Positions 1 through 12,397 of a stretch of 64,000 bases of DNA are shown here, piece by piece (within the stretch, counting starts at the first letter, position 1; the number at the start of each line of letters is the position of its first letter). Position numbers and translations under genes: made by a program. The stretch spans positions 656,286 through 720,285 of the forward strand of contig NIVC01000598.1 in the NCBI GenBank assembly GCA_002269645.1, written 5' to 3'. The notes under the pieces are model-generated. The model was not told the DNA's origin and ran no database searches. It saw nothing but the letters and a program-made list of their open reading frames with translations. This DNA comes from Macrostomum lignano (taxonomy: Eukaryota).

Positions 1-32
1 TTTCATTCCATTAGGACAACCAGGTTGTGACT

Positions 33-340
33 GGTTGTGGCCTAGTTGTTGGAGCGTCGGACTCACGACTGAAAAGTCGGGGGTTCGAATCTCGACCTAC
101 TGGAACAATTTGTGTCCTTGAGCAAGACACTTAACTCTGCATTGCTTCAGTTCTCCCAGCTGTAAAATGGGTGCCAGAATTAGCTGGAGTAATTGAGGCT
201 GTGTGTGGCGACCCCCCAGTCCTTGGACTGAACAGCCGTACGCAGCCTTCAGATGCGCCACGCAATAGCTGCGGCTGAGCTGTCGGTTGCACATCTGGCC
301 ATTGGGGCAGGTGTAATCAATAATAATTATTATTATATTA
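33..340 (+). mobile_element. tRNA-derived CORE-type SINE
   Basis: A-box-like TGGCCTAGTTG (38-48) and B-box GGTTCGAATCT (82-92). Central TGTGTCCTTGAGCAAGACACTTAAC...CTGTAAAATGGG (111-171) resembles the MIR/CORE consensus. AT-rich tail at ~316-340. Confidence 0.7.
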
Positions 341-507
341 TCAGTTGGACAAATCAACGAACACGGAACTAAATTGCCAACTCGTACTCGTATAGCACAG
401 GCTAAATTTAGCAGCAGGTGGACAAAGTAAAAGTAAACAGTTGGAAGATGTCTGCCCGTCAGCGCGCGTGCGAGGCTATACATGCATTTAGAGAAAGACC
501 TGGAATT

Positions 508-2230
508 CTACTCTCTCTCCCCTCCTCTCTCCTCTCTCCTCTCTTCCTCCTATCTCCTCTCTCCCTCCCATCTCCTGTCTCCCATTCTCTCTCCTCTCTC
601 CCCTCCTTATCTCCTCTCTCCCTCCTATCTCCTCTCTCCCTCCTATCTCCTCTCTCCCTCCTATCTCCTCTCTCCCTCCTATCTCCTCTCTCCCTCCTAT
701 CTCCTCTCTCCCTCCTATCTCCTCTCTCCCTCCTATCTCCTCTCTCCCTCTTATCTCCTCTCTCCCTCCTATCTCCTCTCTCCCTCCTATCTCCTCTCTC
801 CCTCCTATCTCCTCTCTCCCTCCTATCTCCTCTCTCCCTCCTATCTCCTCTCTCCCTCCTATCTCCTCTCTCCCTCCTATCTCCTCTCTCCCTCCTATCT
901 CCTCTCTCCCTCCTATCTCCTCTCTCCCTCCTATCTCCTCTCTCCCTCCTATCTCCTCTCTCCCTCCTATCTCCTCTCTCCCTCCTATCTCCTCTCTCCC
1001 TCCTATCTCCTCTCTCCCTCCTATCTCCTCTCTCCCTCCTATCTCCTCTCTCCCTCCTATCTCCTCTCTCCCTCCTATCTCCTCTCTCCCTCCTATCTCC
1101 TCTCTCCCTCCTATCTCCTCTCTCCCTCCTATCTCCTCTCTCCCTCCTATCTCCTCTCTCCCTCCTATCTCCTCTCTCCCTCCTATCTCCTCTCTCCCTC
1201 CTATCTCCTCTCTCCCTCCCATCTCCTGTCTCCCCTCCTCTCTCCTCTCTCCCCTCCTCTCTCCTCTCTCCCTCCTATCTCCTCTCTCCCTCCTATCTCC
1301 TCTCTCCCTCCTATCTCCTCTCTCCCTCCTATCTCCTCTCTCCCTCCTATCTCCTCTCTCCCTCCTATCTCCTCTCTCCCTCCTATCTCCTCTCTCCCTC
1401 CTATCTCCTCTCTCCCTCCTATCTCCTCTCTCCCTCCTATCTCCTCTCTCCCTCCTATCTCCTCTCTCCCTCCTATCTCCTCTCTCCCTCCTATCTCCTC
1501 TCTCCCTCCTATCTCCTCTCTCCCTCCTATCTCCTCTCTCCCTCCTATCTCCTCTCTCCCTCCTATCTCCTCTCTCCCTCCTATCTCCTCTCTCCCTCCT
1601 ATCTCCTCTCTCCCTCCTATCTCCTCTCTCCCTCCTATCTCCTCTCTCCCTCCTATCTCCTCTCTCCCTCCTATCTCCTCTCTCCCTCCTATCTCCTCTC
1701 TCCCTCCTATCTCCTCTCTCCCTCCTATCTCCTCTCTCCCTCCTATCTCCTCTCTCCCTCCTATCTCCTCTCTCCCTCCTATCTCCTCTCTCCCTCCTAT
1801 CTCCTCTCTCCCTCCTATCTCCTCTCTCCCTCCTATCTCCTCTCTCCCTCCTATCTCCTCTCTCCCTCCCATCTCCTGTCTCCCATTCTCTCTCCTCTCT
1901 CCCCTCCTTATCTCCTCTCTCCCTCCTATCTCCTCTCTCCCTCCTATCTCCTCTCTCCCTCCCATCTCCTGTCTCCCCTCCTCTCTCCTCTCTCCCCTCC
2001 TCTCTCCTCTCTCCCTCCTATCTCCTCTCTCCCTCCTCTCTCCTCTCTCCCTCCCATCTCCTGTCTCCCCTCCTCTCTCCTCTCTCCCCTCCTCTCTCCT
2101 CTCTCCCTCCTATCTCCTCTCTCCCTCCTCTCTCCTCTCTCCCTCCCATCTCCTGTCTCCCATTCTCTCTCCTCTCTCCCCTCCTATCTCCTCTCTCCAT
2201 TCCTATCTCATCTCCCTCCTCTTCTTTCTT
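508..2230 (+). repeat. CT-rich minisatellite, 18-bp unit CTATCTCCTCTCTCCCTC
   Basis: Directly visible tandem array; source of the spurious ORFs 418-2331, 482-2284, 488-1222 and 1201-1965. Confidence 0.95.
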
Positions 2231-2234
2231 TTCC

Positions 2235-2302
2235 CATCTGGCCCGCAGTCATGCGCTACATTCTATATCTGGCTCATAAGCTAAAAAGTTTACCGATCCC
2301 TG
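2235..2302 (-). mobile_element. hAT/MITE-like terminal segment abutting the CT array
   Basis: Reverse complement begins CAGGGATCGGTAAACTTTTT, a hAT-MITE-style end, and is similar to 4989-5055. No partner TIR or TSD found. Confidence 0.45.
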
Positions 2303-3061
2303 ACACACACACACACAAGCACAAAAGATAAAATGGCCCGATTTGGGGGCCACCACACGCAAAAATACAGACAATTGATGCCTCTTTACTTTCAAAAGCT
2401 TGCAATTTTCTGTCCGAAATGGTTGCGATTTGAAAATAAGTATACACAGTACGCTAAAAATTAATATTCAGTTGAAAAATAATGACTAACAGCTAAACTT
2501 TCGGTTCACTAACACCTGTGTGAAGGAAGGATCGCGGAATTAATAAGGCAGTCAAGTCCTCTCGGCTGTATGTGTGAGAGAGAAACAAAAGTGCGAGGTG
2601 GCAAGTGCAGCTGTGCAGGCCTCATGTGTGTATCATGATAATAGACGGGATAAAGCAATAGAAGGCAACGTCACTTTCCCAGCTGACAGCCCGGGGGGGG
2701 GGATGAGAACTGGCTGGAAGTTTGCAGCCAGCGCAGTATTCAGATTGTTTGACATCGTGATGTGTGTCAGTGACGGGCGCTGAGAAAGAGAAGGGAGTGT
2801 GGTGTGTCAGCAGTGAATATATGAGGTAGAATACAATGCACAGATGAAATTTCATAGCAGGAGAGAAATAATATCGCGGAAGCAACTCTCCTGCAGCTTT
2901 CATTGCTGAAGCGAAGTATGAACAGGAGTCAAGTTGGATTTTCCAACTTTCCCGCGACCAAAGCCAATAGCGAGCCCGGGCCAATCGCAATGGTGGGCGA
3001 CAACGCGGCTTAAAAATTAATCAAATCTCTCACACAAGCTGAGAAGCGAACAGGCGCAGTA

Positions 3062-3537
3062 ATGCAGGACAGCGAATTTGCAACAACTTTGACTTCGACA
3101 GCGCTAGAATCGTCGAGCTCGCGTAGAAGCGGCGGCGAGCGTCGCCGAACGGCTCCACCGTCAAGGATGTCAGCTTCGGCTGCATCTGCCGGAGTCAGTC
3201 GTTGCGCTGAGATCCGCAGCCTGTTCTGCTTGAACAGCAGCCTTCGCGGGGTGCCGCGCATCTGCAAAGCCGAGTCGCTGTTCCTGCGCTGCCTATGGTT
3301 GGTGTTCGTGCTGCTAATGGTGTCGCTTCTCCTCTACTCCTCGTCACGGGTGCTAGCCAACTACCTGGAGTACGACGTGGCCATTCAGACGTCAATAGCG
3401 GCAAACGAGGCGAGCGCGTTTCCAGCCATCACGCTCTGCAGCCATTATCCGTTTGCTAAGCGAGCCCGCGGCCTCTGGAGCTCCGGGCTCGCCGAGTCGC
3501 CCACCAATTTCAGTCGCAGGCTGAGAAATCTAACTAG
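3062..3537 (+). CDS. DEG/ENaC (amiloride-sensitive channel family) subunit, exon 1
   Basis: ATG at 3062. Contains pre-TM1 SSLRGVPRI, TM1 (LWLVFVLLMVSLLLYSSS) and the post-TM1 signature FPAITLC. Donor AG|GTAAAG at 3538, phase 2. Confidence 0.9.
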
Positions 3538-4988
3538 GTAAAGTATGGTACTGTTGAGCTTGATATGATGTGTCTGTGTGGTACCTGCTATCAAGTGCCA
3601 GCCAAAATCCGGGACTCGTGCTATGAAACTAGGACTCAATGAGTCAAGCGCTAGGAGTCAAGAGTGACCTAGAGTCACAATTCAGACTAATGATAAATAA
3701 AAAGCCGGTTGTGATGCAATCTTTATCAGAATCAGAATTCATTCAGTCAGTTTTTTCTCTTACGAGTGCTCTTGATTGATCTGGGAGAGTCTTATAACTT
3801 TTGAACGCTTCAATAATGAGTCAGGAGTGGACCTTGCGCGGTCATATTCATTTGAGACTTGTGCATAAGCATTGGCCGGGGTTGTCCCAACCCCCACTCA
3901 CCGCTGCCTCACCGCAGGGACGAGGTCTCCAAGGCTGTTGCGATGTCTCCAACGATGTCTCTCCTGGGGGGGGGGGTATTTATTTTTTATACACTGAACA
4001 ACCTTAAAAAGTCGCCACCTTTGAGAGTGCCCAGTAAATTCTAGCTCAGTATTGACTTTCGAGTTTTTAATCGAGTTTTTCGAGCATTTTTAATATCAAA
4101 ATGATTGGACAGGTGATAGACGGTGGTGGTCGAAAGACACTGCTCATTGGGGCAAAGGGTGGCGACTATTCAATGTTGCTGAGCATAAATGGCTATGTCT
4201 CATGTCTGTGCTTTCCTCTGAAAGCGCTCAAGAAGTAGCTAAAGGTTAAACCATATTTACGCTTCAACTCCAACTCGCTACAGCCAAATTTTCTTGCACG
4301 AGAACTGAATCGGAAATTAATCGGTTGAAGCTGTACTTTTCTTGCATTCAATTCTTCTTGGGAGACAGTAGTCAAGGTTTCAATCCGAGAGTAGGGAAGC
4401 AGATTTAGACTTTATTTCTCTATCAAACGCTCTATGTTCATTTTCGCGCGATAGTTCCAGTTTGCTACGGTTTTGGATTTCTGGTTCGTCAGCTACTTCC
4501 TGCATGCAGAGAAGCTAAAGCCAATTTTGCATTGGCAGACCTGTTTATACAGCAGCAGAGTGTACTTTTAACACTTGAAGTTTTCCCTTAGAGTTCATTG
4601 TTTGTTCATTTCTCAGCAGGCTGGTTTCACCTCCGCAGTGGCTGCCCCCGGGTTTGGTAAAGATCCATTTTCACTGCTTTAGGGGAAATACTTTGGCAAC
4701 TAAAATATCCCTTACTCTCTCATTTTCCTATATCACCAGCAGCTCTATAGAGGTATTTTATTAATTTTTCTATGTCTGTGCTCTCCTAGTGCGCCTGCTG
4801 TTCGTGTGTCCGAGATCTTCAACAACTGTCCTTTTCATATAAGTCACGCATTCAATAAAGCCTGAAATATAAGTATAGGAAGGTAGTTTTTATTTTAGAA
4901 CCCGAAATATACTTTTTTCTTCACCTACGTTACTTCTCCGACTCTTTTTGCAATGATCAATCGCTGACTTCGTTATACGAGCGTAGAA

Positions 4989-5055
4989 CAGTGGTTGCCA
5001 AACTTTTTTAACTTAAGGACCGTATATACAATCTAGTGCATGACTGCGGGCCGGA
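4989..5055 (+). mobile_element. hAT/MITE-like terminal segment abutting the GA array
   Basis: Begins CAGTGGTTGCCAAACTTTTT; inverted relative of 2235-2302. No TSD found. Confidence 0.45.
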
Positions 5056-5059
5056 GAGA

Positions 5060-6197
5060 GGAGAAGAAAGAAGAGAGGGGAGATGAGAGATGAGAGATGA
5101 GAGAGGGGGGAGAGGATGGGAGAGAGAATAGAGGAGAGGAGAGATAAGCGAGAAGTGAGGGGAGGAGCGAGGAGGGGAGAGAGATAAGCGAGGAGTGAGG
5201 GGAGGAGCGAGGAGGGGAGAGAGATAAGCAAGGAGTGAGGGGAGGAGCGACGAGGGGAGAGAGGGGAGAGAGGAGGGGAGACGAGGGGAGAAAGGAGGGG
5301 AGAGAGGAGGGGAGAGAGGAGGGGAGAGAGGAGGGGAGAGAGGAGGGGAGAGAGCAGGGGAGAGAGGAGGGGAGAGAGGAGGGGAGAGAGGAGGGAGAGA
5401 GGAGGGAGAGAGGAGGGGAGACGAGGGGATAGAGGAGCGGAGAGAGGAGGGGAGAGAGGAGGGGAGAGAGGAGCGGAGAGAGGGGGGAGAGAGGAGGGGA
5501 GAGAGGAGGGGAAGAGGAGGGGAGACGAGGGGAGAGAGGAGCGGAGAGAGTAGGGGAGACGAGGGGAGAGAGGAGCGGAGAGAGGAGGGGTGAGAGGAGG
5601 GAGAGAGGAGGGAGAGAGGAGGGAGAGAGGAGGGGAGAGAGGAGCGGAGAGAGGAGGGGAGAGAGGAGGGGAGAGAGGAGGGAGAGAGGAGGGGAGAGAG
5701 GAGGGAGAGAGGAGGGAGAGAGGAGGGAGAGAGGAGGGAGAGAGGAGGGAGAGAGGAGGGAGAGAGGAGCGGAGAGAGGAGGGAGAGAGGAGGGGAGAGA
5801 GGAGGGAGAGAGGAGGGAGAGAGGAGGGAGAGAGGAGGGAGAGAGGAGGGGAGAGAGGAGGGGAGAGAGGAGGGGAGAGAGGAGGGAGAGAGGAGGGGAG
5901 AGAGGAGGGGAAGAGGAGGCGAGACGAGGGGAGAGAGGAGCGGAGAGAGGAGGGGAGAGAGGAGGGGAGAGAGGAGGGGAGAGAGGAGGGAGAGAGGATG
6001 GGAGAGAGGAGGGGAAGAGGAGGGGAGACGAGGGGAGAGAGGAGCGGAGAGAGTAGGGGAGAGAGGAGGGGAGACGAGGGGAGAGAGGAGCGGAGAGAGG
6101 AGGGGTGAGAGGAGGGAGAGAGGAGGGAGAGAGGAGGGAGAGAGGAGGGAGAGAGGAGGGGAGAGAGGAGGGGAGAGAGGAGGGAGAGAGGAGGGGA
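5060..6197 (+). repeat. GA-rich degenerate minisatellite (GGAGAGAGGAGG-like)
   Basis: Visible tandem array in channel intron 1. Confidence 0.9.
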
Positions 6198-6246
6198 GCC
6201 TACACTGTGCTACAAAAATTTCCCACTGAATAATATGCGAACCCAG

Positions 6247-6692
6247 GTCACTTCTGCTAGCCGGGGAGTTCCGCCATGCCAGCACTCTGCTATTCTACGA
6301 CAAAGTCAGCACCTACTACCAGAACCTACCGCCTCCTCTGGCCGTCCGCATGGGCCACACGGCCGAGGACTTCCTGCTGCACTGCATGATCACCGTCGGA
6401 AACTACGCCATGGTTGGCAAGGCCAAGGAGTGCCAACTCCGCTTCCAGCTGGTGTCGCATCCGCGCTACTTTAACTGCTACTCGGTGGTGCCGCTGGAAC
6501 CCGAAAGTTCGCGTCGACTATCTACCGTGTACCTCATCCTGAGCCTCGGCGACAGCCAGACTGCCGTCACCTCGCCCTGGGAGCGCGCCTTTGTCATGGA
6601 CGTTTTCGACCAGGCGCACGGGCTGCGACTTCTGCTGCACGAGGCCGGCCTGCACCCGGACATCGACCACGGTGGCGTGCACATCGAGCCAG
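6247..6692 (+). CDS. DEG/ENaC subunit, exon 2
   Basis: Acceptor ACCCAG|G at 6247 matches phase 2. Reads RSLLLAGEFRHASTLLFYDKVSTYYQNL...MGHTAEDFLLHC...HPRYFNCYS...GLRLLLHEAGLHPDIDHGGVHIEPG. Donor AG|GTGAGC at 6693, phase 1. Confidence 0.9.
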
Positions 6693-6789
6693 GTGAGCCA
6701 AAGATTACTCACTAAGCTCTACCAGCGCTGACCGAACAGGCTGCGAGACTCGAGGATCGCTCGAGTGTCTTAGTTTGCTTGGGGGAGGG

Positions 6790-7130
6790 AGAGGCGCAGA
6801 AGGATAGAGGGGGTTGGCGCAGATGGATAGAGGGGGTTGGCGCAGACGGATAGAGGGGTTGGTGCAGATGGGTAGAGGGGTTGGCGCAGACGGATAGAGG
6901 GGTTGGCGCAGACTGATAGAGGGGGTTGGCGCAGACTGATAGAGGGGGTTGGCGCAGACTGATAGAGGGGGTTGGCGCAGACTGATAGAGGGGGTTGGCG
7001 CAGACTGATAGAGGGGGTTGGCGCAGACTGATAGAGGGGGTTTGTGCAAACGGATAGAGGGGGTTTGTGCAAACGGATAGAGGGGGTTTGTGCAGACGGA
7101 TAGAGGGGGTTTGTGCAGACGGATAGAGCA
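6790..7130 (+). repeat. ~23-bp minisatellite GCAGACTGATAGAGGGGGTTGGC
   Basis: Visible tandem copies in intron 2. Confidence 0.9.
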
Positions 7131-9498
7131 GTCATCCAGTTTCTAGTCTTTAGAGCCACTGGTAAGCGGTTGAAAGGCACCTGTAAAGTGACTGAGAAGT
7201 GACTTCAAAATAACAGGCGCTCTGAAAGCAACAGATTAACGATTAAAACGATTAAAATTCATCATTCGCTGTTGTCATTTATGAAAACCTACTTCGTATT
7301 TACAATCGGTTTTAAGGCATTTCTCAGCAGTTCCATTTCACAACCACTGAAGCGATTGAAACTATTGAATAACCGTCTTAAGCACTACTTGTACTGCGAC
7401 ATCTTGCTGTTTCCGAATCACCTCTAAACGTTTCTAGCCAATTTCTATGATGAATAAATCTCGGAAGACACTAAAAATTCGCATTTTTATCGCATAAAAT
7501 CGTCTGGACTTTTCTGAAGTGTCGCGCATTCAATCAGAAATCCCTGGGCGTATGACTTGCCGACTCTCCCCATGAATTTAATCCGCTATGCCCACCACTT
7601 TAGCCAAGAAAATTCGGTATGTTTACTGTATAATGCATACTGGAAACTTTGTATTTTATCTCAGACTTATTCCGCTAAGCCTGTTGGCCCCACCACATCT
7701 TTAAAACGTTCCCCAGCCCCGTGTATGGCTTTGGAAGATAATTTAAATATCAGAGCAGCCCAGTTCGAGGGCAGTTCCTCAGTTGCAATCAAAGAATTTT
7801 AAAATCGTCTTGCATAGAATACCAATAAGGCAAAAACGTCTAAAGTTGGGTCATAATTGTTGGAATCTCCGTGACCATATTGATTAAAAAAACCAGATGG
7901 AACTGTTTTTTTGCCTAATTGGCACTGAATGCAAGGCGCGCGTCGCAAATATCCTTGAACTGTCCTGGCAATTACCTACAAGCTGATGGGTTGATGAAGC
8001 TTTGCATACGCTTGATTTCGATATGTGTATCATAAAATTTATAGCATTGAATTTCTTTATTTCTCATATGGTGAGACGTAGGTTTTAGGATTTGAAATAA
8101 GAGCTCCTCAAATAATTTCCACCGTTCGCGCTTGGATACAGCGTCGCGGATATATTGAAGAAGCGTGCTGTTTTCTAGGGTCTCTAAAAAGCCAAATTTC
8201 TTCCAATTCGTCCGGGTGAAAGCTTCTCTAGTAATTACAACCGCACCAGGCCCTCTACAGCCAAAAACGGCGGCTCAATGCACCACTGCGACTGACTTAT
8301 TAGCAATAAGAATGCTAATTTGTCATTCCTCTGGTAGGAAGGAATTTTCGCTTGCGACGGCTTGGCAAACAGAATTTCACTTCTTTTTGTAATCCGTATT
8401 AATTTAGCCAGTCGGGATTAATAATAATTATTGGTGTGGAAAGATGTGTGCAGCTTCATGTATTAATTTGTAGGAGTAGAGAGTTCTCTGTATTAGTTCG
8501 TTTTCAGAGGGCCCTGGTTCGAACCGCAGTCAGCAAGAAGACAAACAGCTATGTCCAGTCCGTCAACCAGACACGGACGCTCACGCAGGGTGTACATCCT
8601 CATTGTCAGGTTCCAACTAATCAAAAAGTGATGCTGGAATTTTTTATTCCTAATGCCAGACAGATAGGACTTGCTATTTATTGATTATTTTGTTTAACTA
8701 TGATTGACAAGGCTAGAAGTATTTGAAATGTATTCAAAATCGCTGTCAAAGTTGTATTTTTGCTTCTCTGTTGCTTGCTAATAATCATCCTCTTTGAACC
8801 ACATCAGTAGGCGCTTCCGTATTCTGATCCGAGGAAAAGGTGAGAGGCATTTTTGATTACTTAAAATCTCCTTCCTCAAATCAGCCAACACGCCAGCATG
8901 CAACAGTCTGGCTTGGTTTTAATCGCCTGACATAATTGAAGCGGAGGCTGCTCAATCCCCACCTTTGCCACGCGAACCGAAATGAAATCGTTGGAGCAGT
9001 TCTGAAGTGCCAGCTTCTACAATCAATTTTAAAGCGTTCGCAACATGAGCAGTTGAATTTCATTCCCCTGAATAAGTCTCAGGAGTCAGCAAAGTGAGCG
9101 GAATTGGGACGACGTCATCAAAGGCGTTGCACCCGTAGCCCTTTTGCGAATCTTTATGGCGATGAATGCTTTCAAACCAAAATAAATTTGTCCTTTTAAA
9201 GGCTAACAGCGGCCAAGAAATGCACCGGAAACGGTCTCGAATATTTTTACACCAATCTTGATGCGCTACTTGTAATTTACAGGATGAGTCAACTACCTGT
9301 ATCGAAGTCGCCGGGGGGCTGTGGGACTTCTAATCAGGCCGTGGGAAACCCTGCGGGTTTGGTAATTACAGTAGCCCTTATTGGCCTGTGTGACACTGGA
9401 TCCTGTGTTGTCCTGCGTTGCTTCGTTCGGTGTGCAACAACAAGTCATCGTGTGTGTACTTGCAAACTGATAGGAATACTTCATCCAACCATTCCTAG

Positions 9499-9775
9499 GC
9501 AAAATGGTGGAGATCGCTTTCGAGACCGTGCACTGGCAGGAGGCCAGAGACTCGCCCATCGACAAGTGCCACGCCGAGAGTCTGCCAAGCATCACCGACC
9601 TGGACAACGTCTACTCGTACAGCTTCGAGGCCTGCAAAGAGCAGGCGATGAACCGGCGGGCCATCGCGCTCTGCGGATGCCTGCTGTCGAGGCTGCCCCG
9701 ACCGACGGGCCTGCCGAGTCCAAGTGTGCCCTACTGCGGCGACTTCCGGTCAGCCAACGTCTCACAGATTGTTGA
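9499..9775 (+). CDS. DEG/ENaC subunit, exon 3
   Basis: Acceptor TTCCTAG|GC fits phase 1 (G-K-M-V-E-I). Cys-rich thumb region YSYSFEAC...LCGC...YCG. Donor GA|GTAAGT at 9776, phase 2. Confidence 0.9.
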
Positions 9776-10004
9776 GTAAGTCAGTTGTACTAACAATGCA
9801 TCCAAATGGTTACTGATGCAACTTCACAGGCTAAGAAATGCGCATAAATCTACCGAATAATGTTCTAAATTTCGTCCATTTCAGAAGCTCAATTTTTTTA
9901 ATCCTAAAAATGGTCAATTTTTTACTTGTTACTTGTAAAGAGACAAGCAAAACTTTCCGGTCATAGAAATTTTCGATCGCGTGAAAGCCATATTAAGTGA
10001 TTTA

Positions 10005-11229
10005 CAGAGGCGGATTAAGAATTATAAAATGAGGGGGGGCAGATTTTAATCATAAGAGGGGGCATCATAATACCCACTAGAGTGGCGCCATAATATACAC
10101 TAGAGGGGCATCATAATACCCACTAGAGTGGCGCCATAATATACACTAGAGGGGCGCCATAATATACACTAGAGTGACGCCATAATATACACTAGAGGGG
10201 CGCCATAATATACACTAGAGGGGCGCCATAATATACACTAGAGGGGCGCCATAATTTACACTAGAGGGGCGCCATAATATACACTAGAGTGGCGCCATAA
10301 TATACACTAGAGTGGCGCCATAATTTACACTAGAGTGGCGCCATAATATACACTAGAGAGGCGCCATAATATACACTAGAGTGGCGCCATAATATACACT
10401 AGAGGGGCGCCATAATATACACTAGAGTGGCGCCATAATATACACTAGAGGGGCGCCATAATGTACACTAGAGTGGCGCCATAATATACACTAGAGTGAC
10501 GCCATAATTTACACTAGAGGGGCGCCATAATATACACTAGAGTGGCGCCATAATATACACTAGAGGGGCGCCATAATATACACTAGAGTGGCGCCATAAT
10601 ATACACTAGAGTGGCGCCATAATATACACTAGAGGGGCGCCATGATATACACTAGAGAGGCGCCATAATATACACTAGAGTGACGCCATAATATACACTA
10701 GAGGGGCGCCATAATATACACTAGAGTGGCGCCATAATATACACTAGAGTGGCGCCATAATATACACTAGAGGGGCGCCATAATATACACTAGAGAGGCG
10801 CCATAATATACACTAGAGTGACGCCATAATATACACTAGAGGGGCGCCATAATATACACTAGAGTGGCGCCATAATTTACACTAGAGGGGCGCCATAATA
10901 TACACTAGAGTGACGCCATAATATACACTAGAGTGACGCCATAATTTACACTAGAGGGGCGCCATAATATACACTAGAGAGGCGTCATAATTTACACTAG
11001 AGTGGCGCCATAAAATACACTAGATGGGCGCCATGATATACACTAGAGGGGCGCCAAAATTTACACTAGAGTGGCGCCATACTGAGCAAACTGAGGGCGG
11101 GGGCGGTGAGGACCTTGATTCTGATGAGGACCTGAGCTTATAGTATGAAGTTATCCAGTCAACTTCTATTCTTGTCTTTTATGGCACTCCTGTGTCATAA
11201 AGGGGCGCCATCATCCCCAGCCTCCACTG
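10005..11229. mobile_element. Putative non-autonomous hAT-type element carrying a 23-bp minisatellite
   Basis: Ends CAGAGGCGG... and ...CCTCCACTG (7/9 inverted match). Flanks GTGATTTA (9997-10004) and GTGATGTA (11230-11237) form an 8-bp TSD with one mismatch. Confidence 0.5.
10062..11082 (+). repeat. 23-bp minisatellite ATAATATACACTAGAG(G/T)GGCGCC
   Basis: Visible tandem array. Confidence 0.95.
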
Positions 11230-12397
11230 GTGATGTACACCTTGACATTCTCATCGTTGGCTGTATACGCAATTTGACGCGTGCCTCGGAGATGAGGTTA
11301 TGGAAAGTCGAATCCCTCATCCCTAAGTCTCCTTGATTCGGTATGACGTATTAAATGAGAGATGGATTTTTCAAAAAAAGAATTCGCATGATTTCTGGAA
11401 ATACGACGAGTGGAATTGGTGCCAGAGACAGACCAGGCGCTGGACCTGGACTAAATCGAGGCCAGATGAAATTTCACCTGCAACAGCTGTGCAATCACTG
11501 TCAGAAAGCTTTCGTTTCCACAATTCTTCCAGAGAAAAATTGGCTGGCTGTGACTGACAGAGCCAAGTATAGAGCGCTGGCAGACCAGATGTTTGTGATT
11601 TCGGGTGCAGTGAAATCAATACACTTTGCTTAGTGGTAGAAATTAATGGAACATCTCACAAATCAGATCTTACCTGTGCCATATACTTCAATTGAGTTCT
11701 GTTGCTCTTGCATCGGCCGTCAATATTTGGAAAAGTTCTCTGAAAAAAATGAGAAGCACTTCATTCACAGGGAGTGCATTTGACTGCAAGCAAAATATCA
11801 CTGAATTCAATTCAATTTCGTCCGAGATTCTTCCATTTGAAAAAAACCATTACTACTTATAGTAGCAAGCAGCGGAAAATGGCGAGTAGTTTTACTGAAT
11901 TAAAGATGGAATCACATGAATGTCGTAATAAACGAAGCCAAAGCTTATCTGCAAACCGAATCGGTGCGTTAAAAATATCTCTTTATCAGCGTAAATTCCG
12001 CTCTATTGTTCTTCCTCTTTTGCATCCCGCCTTGAATGAAGCCTTCCTTTGTCTGTTTGGCCTCATTGTTGATCATCAGAGTCGATCAGTGGCTGCCTTT
12101 TGAAAATTAATAGCTGCAATGAACGACTTGCAATGAAAATTTTCATGAAAAGGCTCCGGGATGAAGCTATCGCTTATGCCCAAAAACGGTAAAAATCTCT
12201 CCATCACTTGACAATGCAAAATGTGCAGAGAATTGTTAGCAATACGAGCGTACTCATATCCAGCAGCAAAAATTTGCAGCTAGCGCAGCTACCGACAGAG
12301 CTTGAAACCGCCTCCACTTTACCCGGCATTTGCTGGAATATATGCGGGTCTCCTGTCGGTTTCTGCTGGCGCTTGCACGTCCAGCGCCAATAAACTA

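Noticed and set aside
418-2331. Long L/S/P-rich and G/R/E-rich ORFs
   Set aside because: Translations of a stop-free CT minisatellite, open in several frames; the same applies to 5008-6285, 12204-13101, 40779-41408, 41910-42587 (except its last exon-derived part), 43260-44036 and 54208-56042.
9284-9498. Possible extra channel exon after TTACAG at 9283
   Set aside because: Exon 2 joins 9499 directly in phase and gives the contiguous family motif IEPG-KMVEI; no extra exon is needed.
10062-11082. CRISPR-like appearance of regular arrays (also 29733-30232, 56540-57025)
   Set aside because: Units are head-to-tail with no unique spacers, there are no cas genes, and the context is eukaryotic.
11333-11633. 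Short ORFs with faint transposon-like words (KKNSHDFWKY; DRPGAGP)
   Set aside because: Too short and ambiguous to assign without a profile search.
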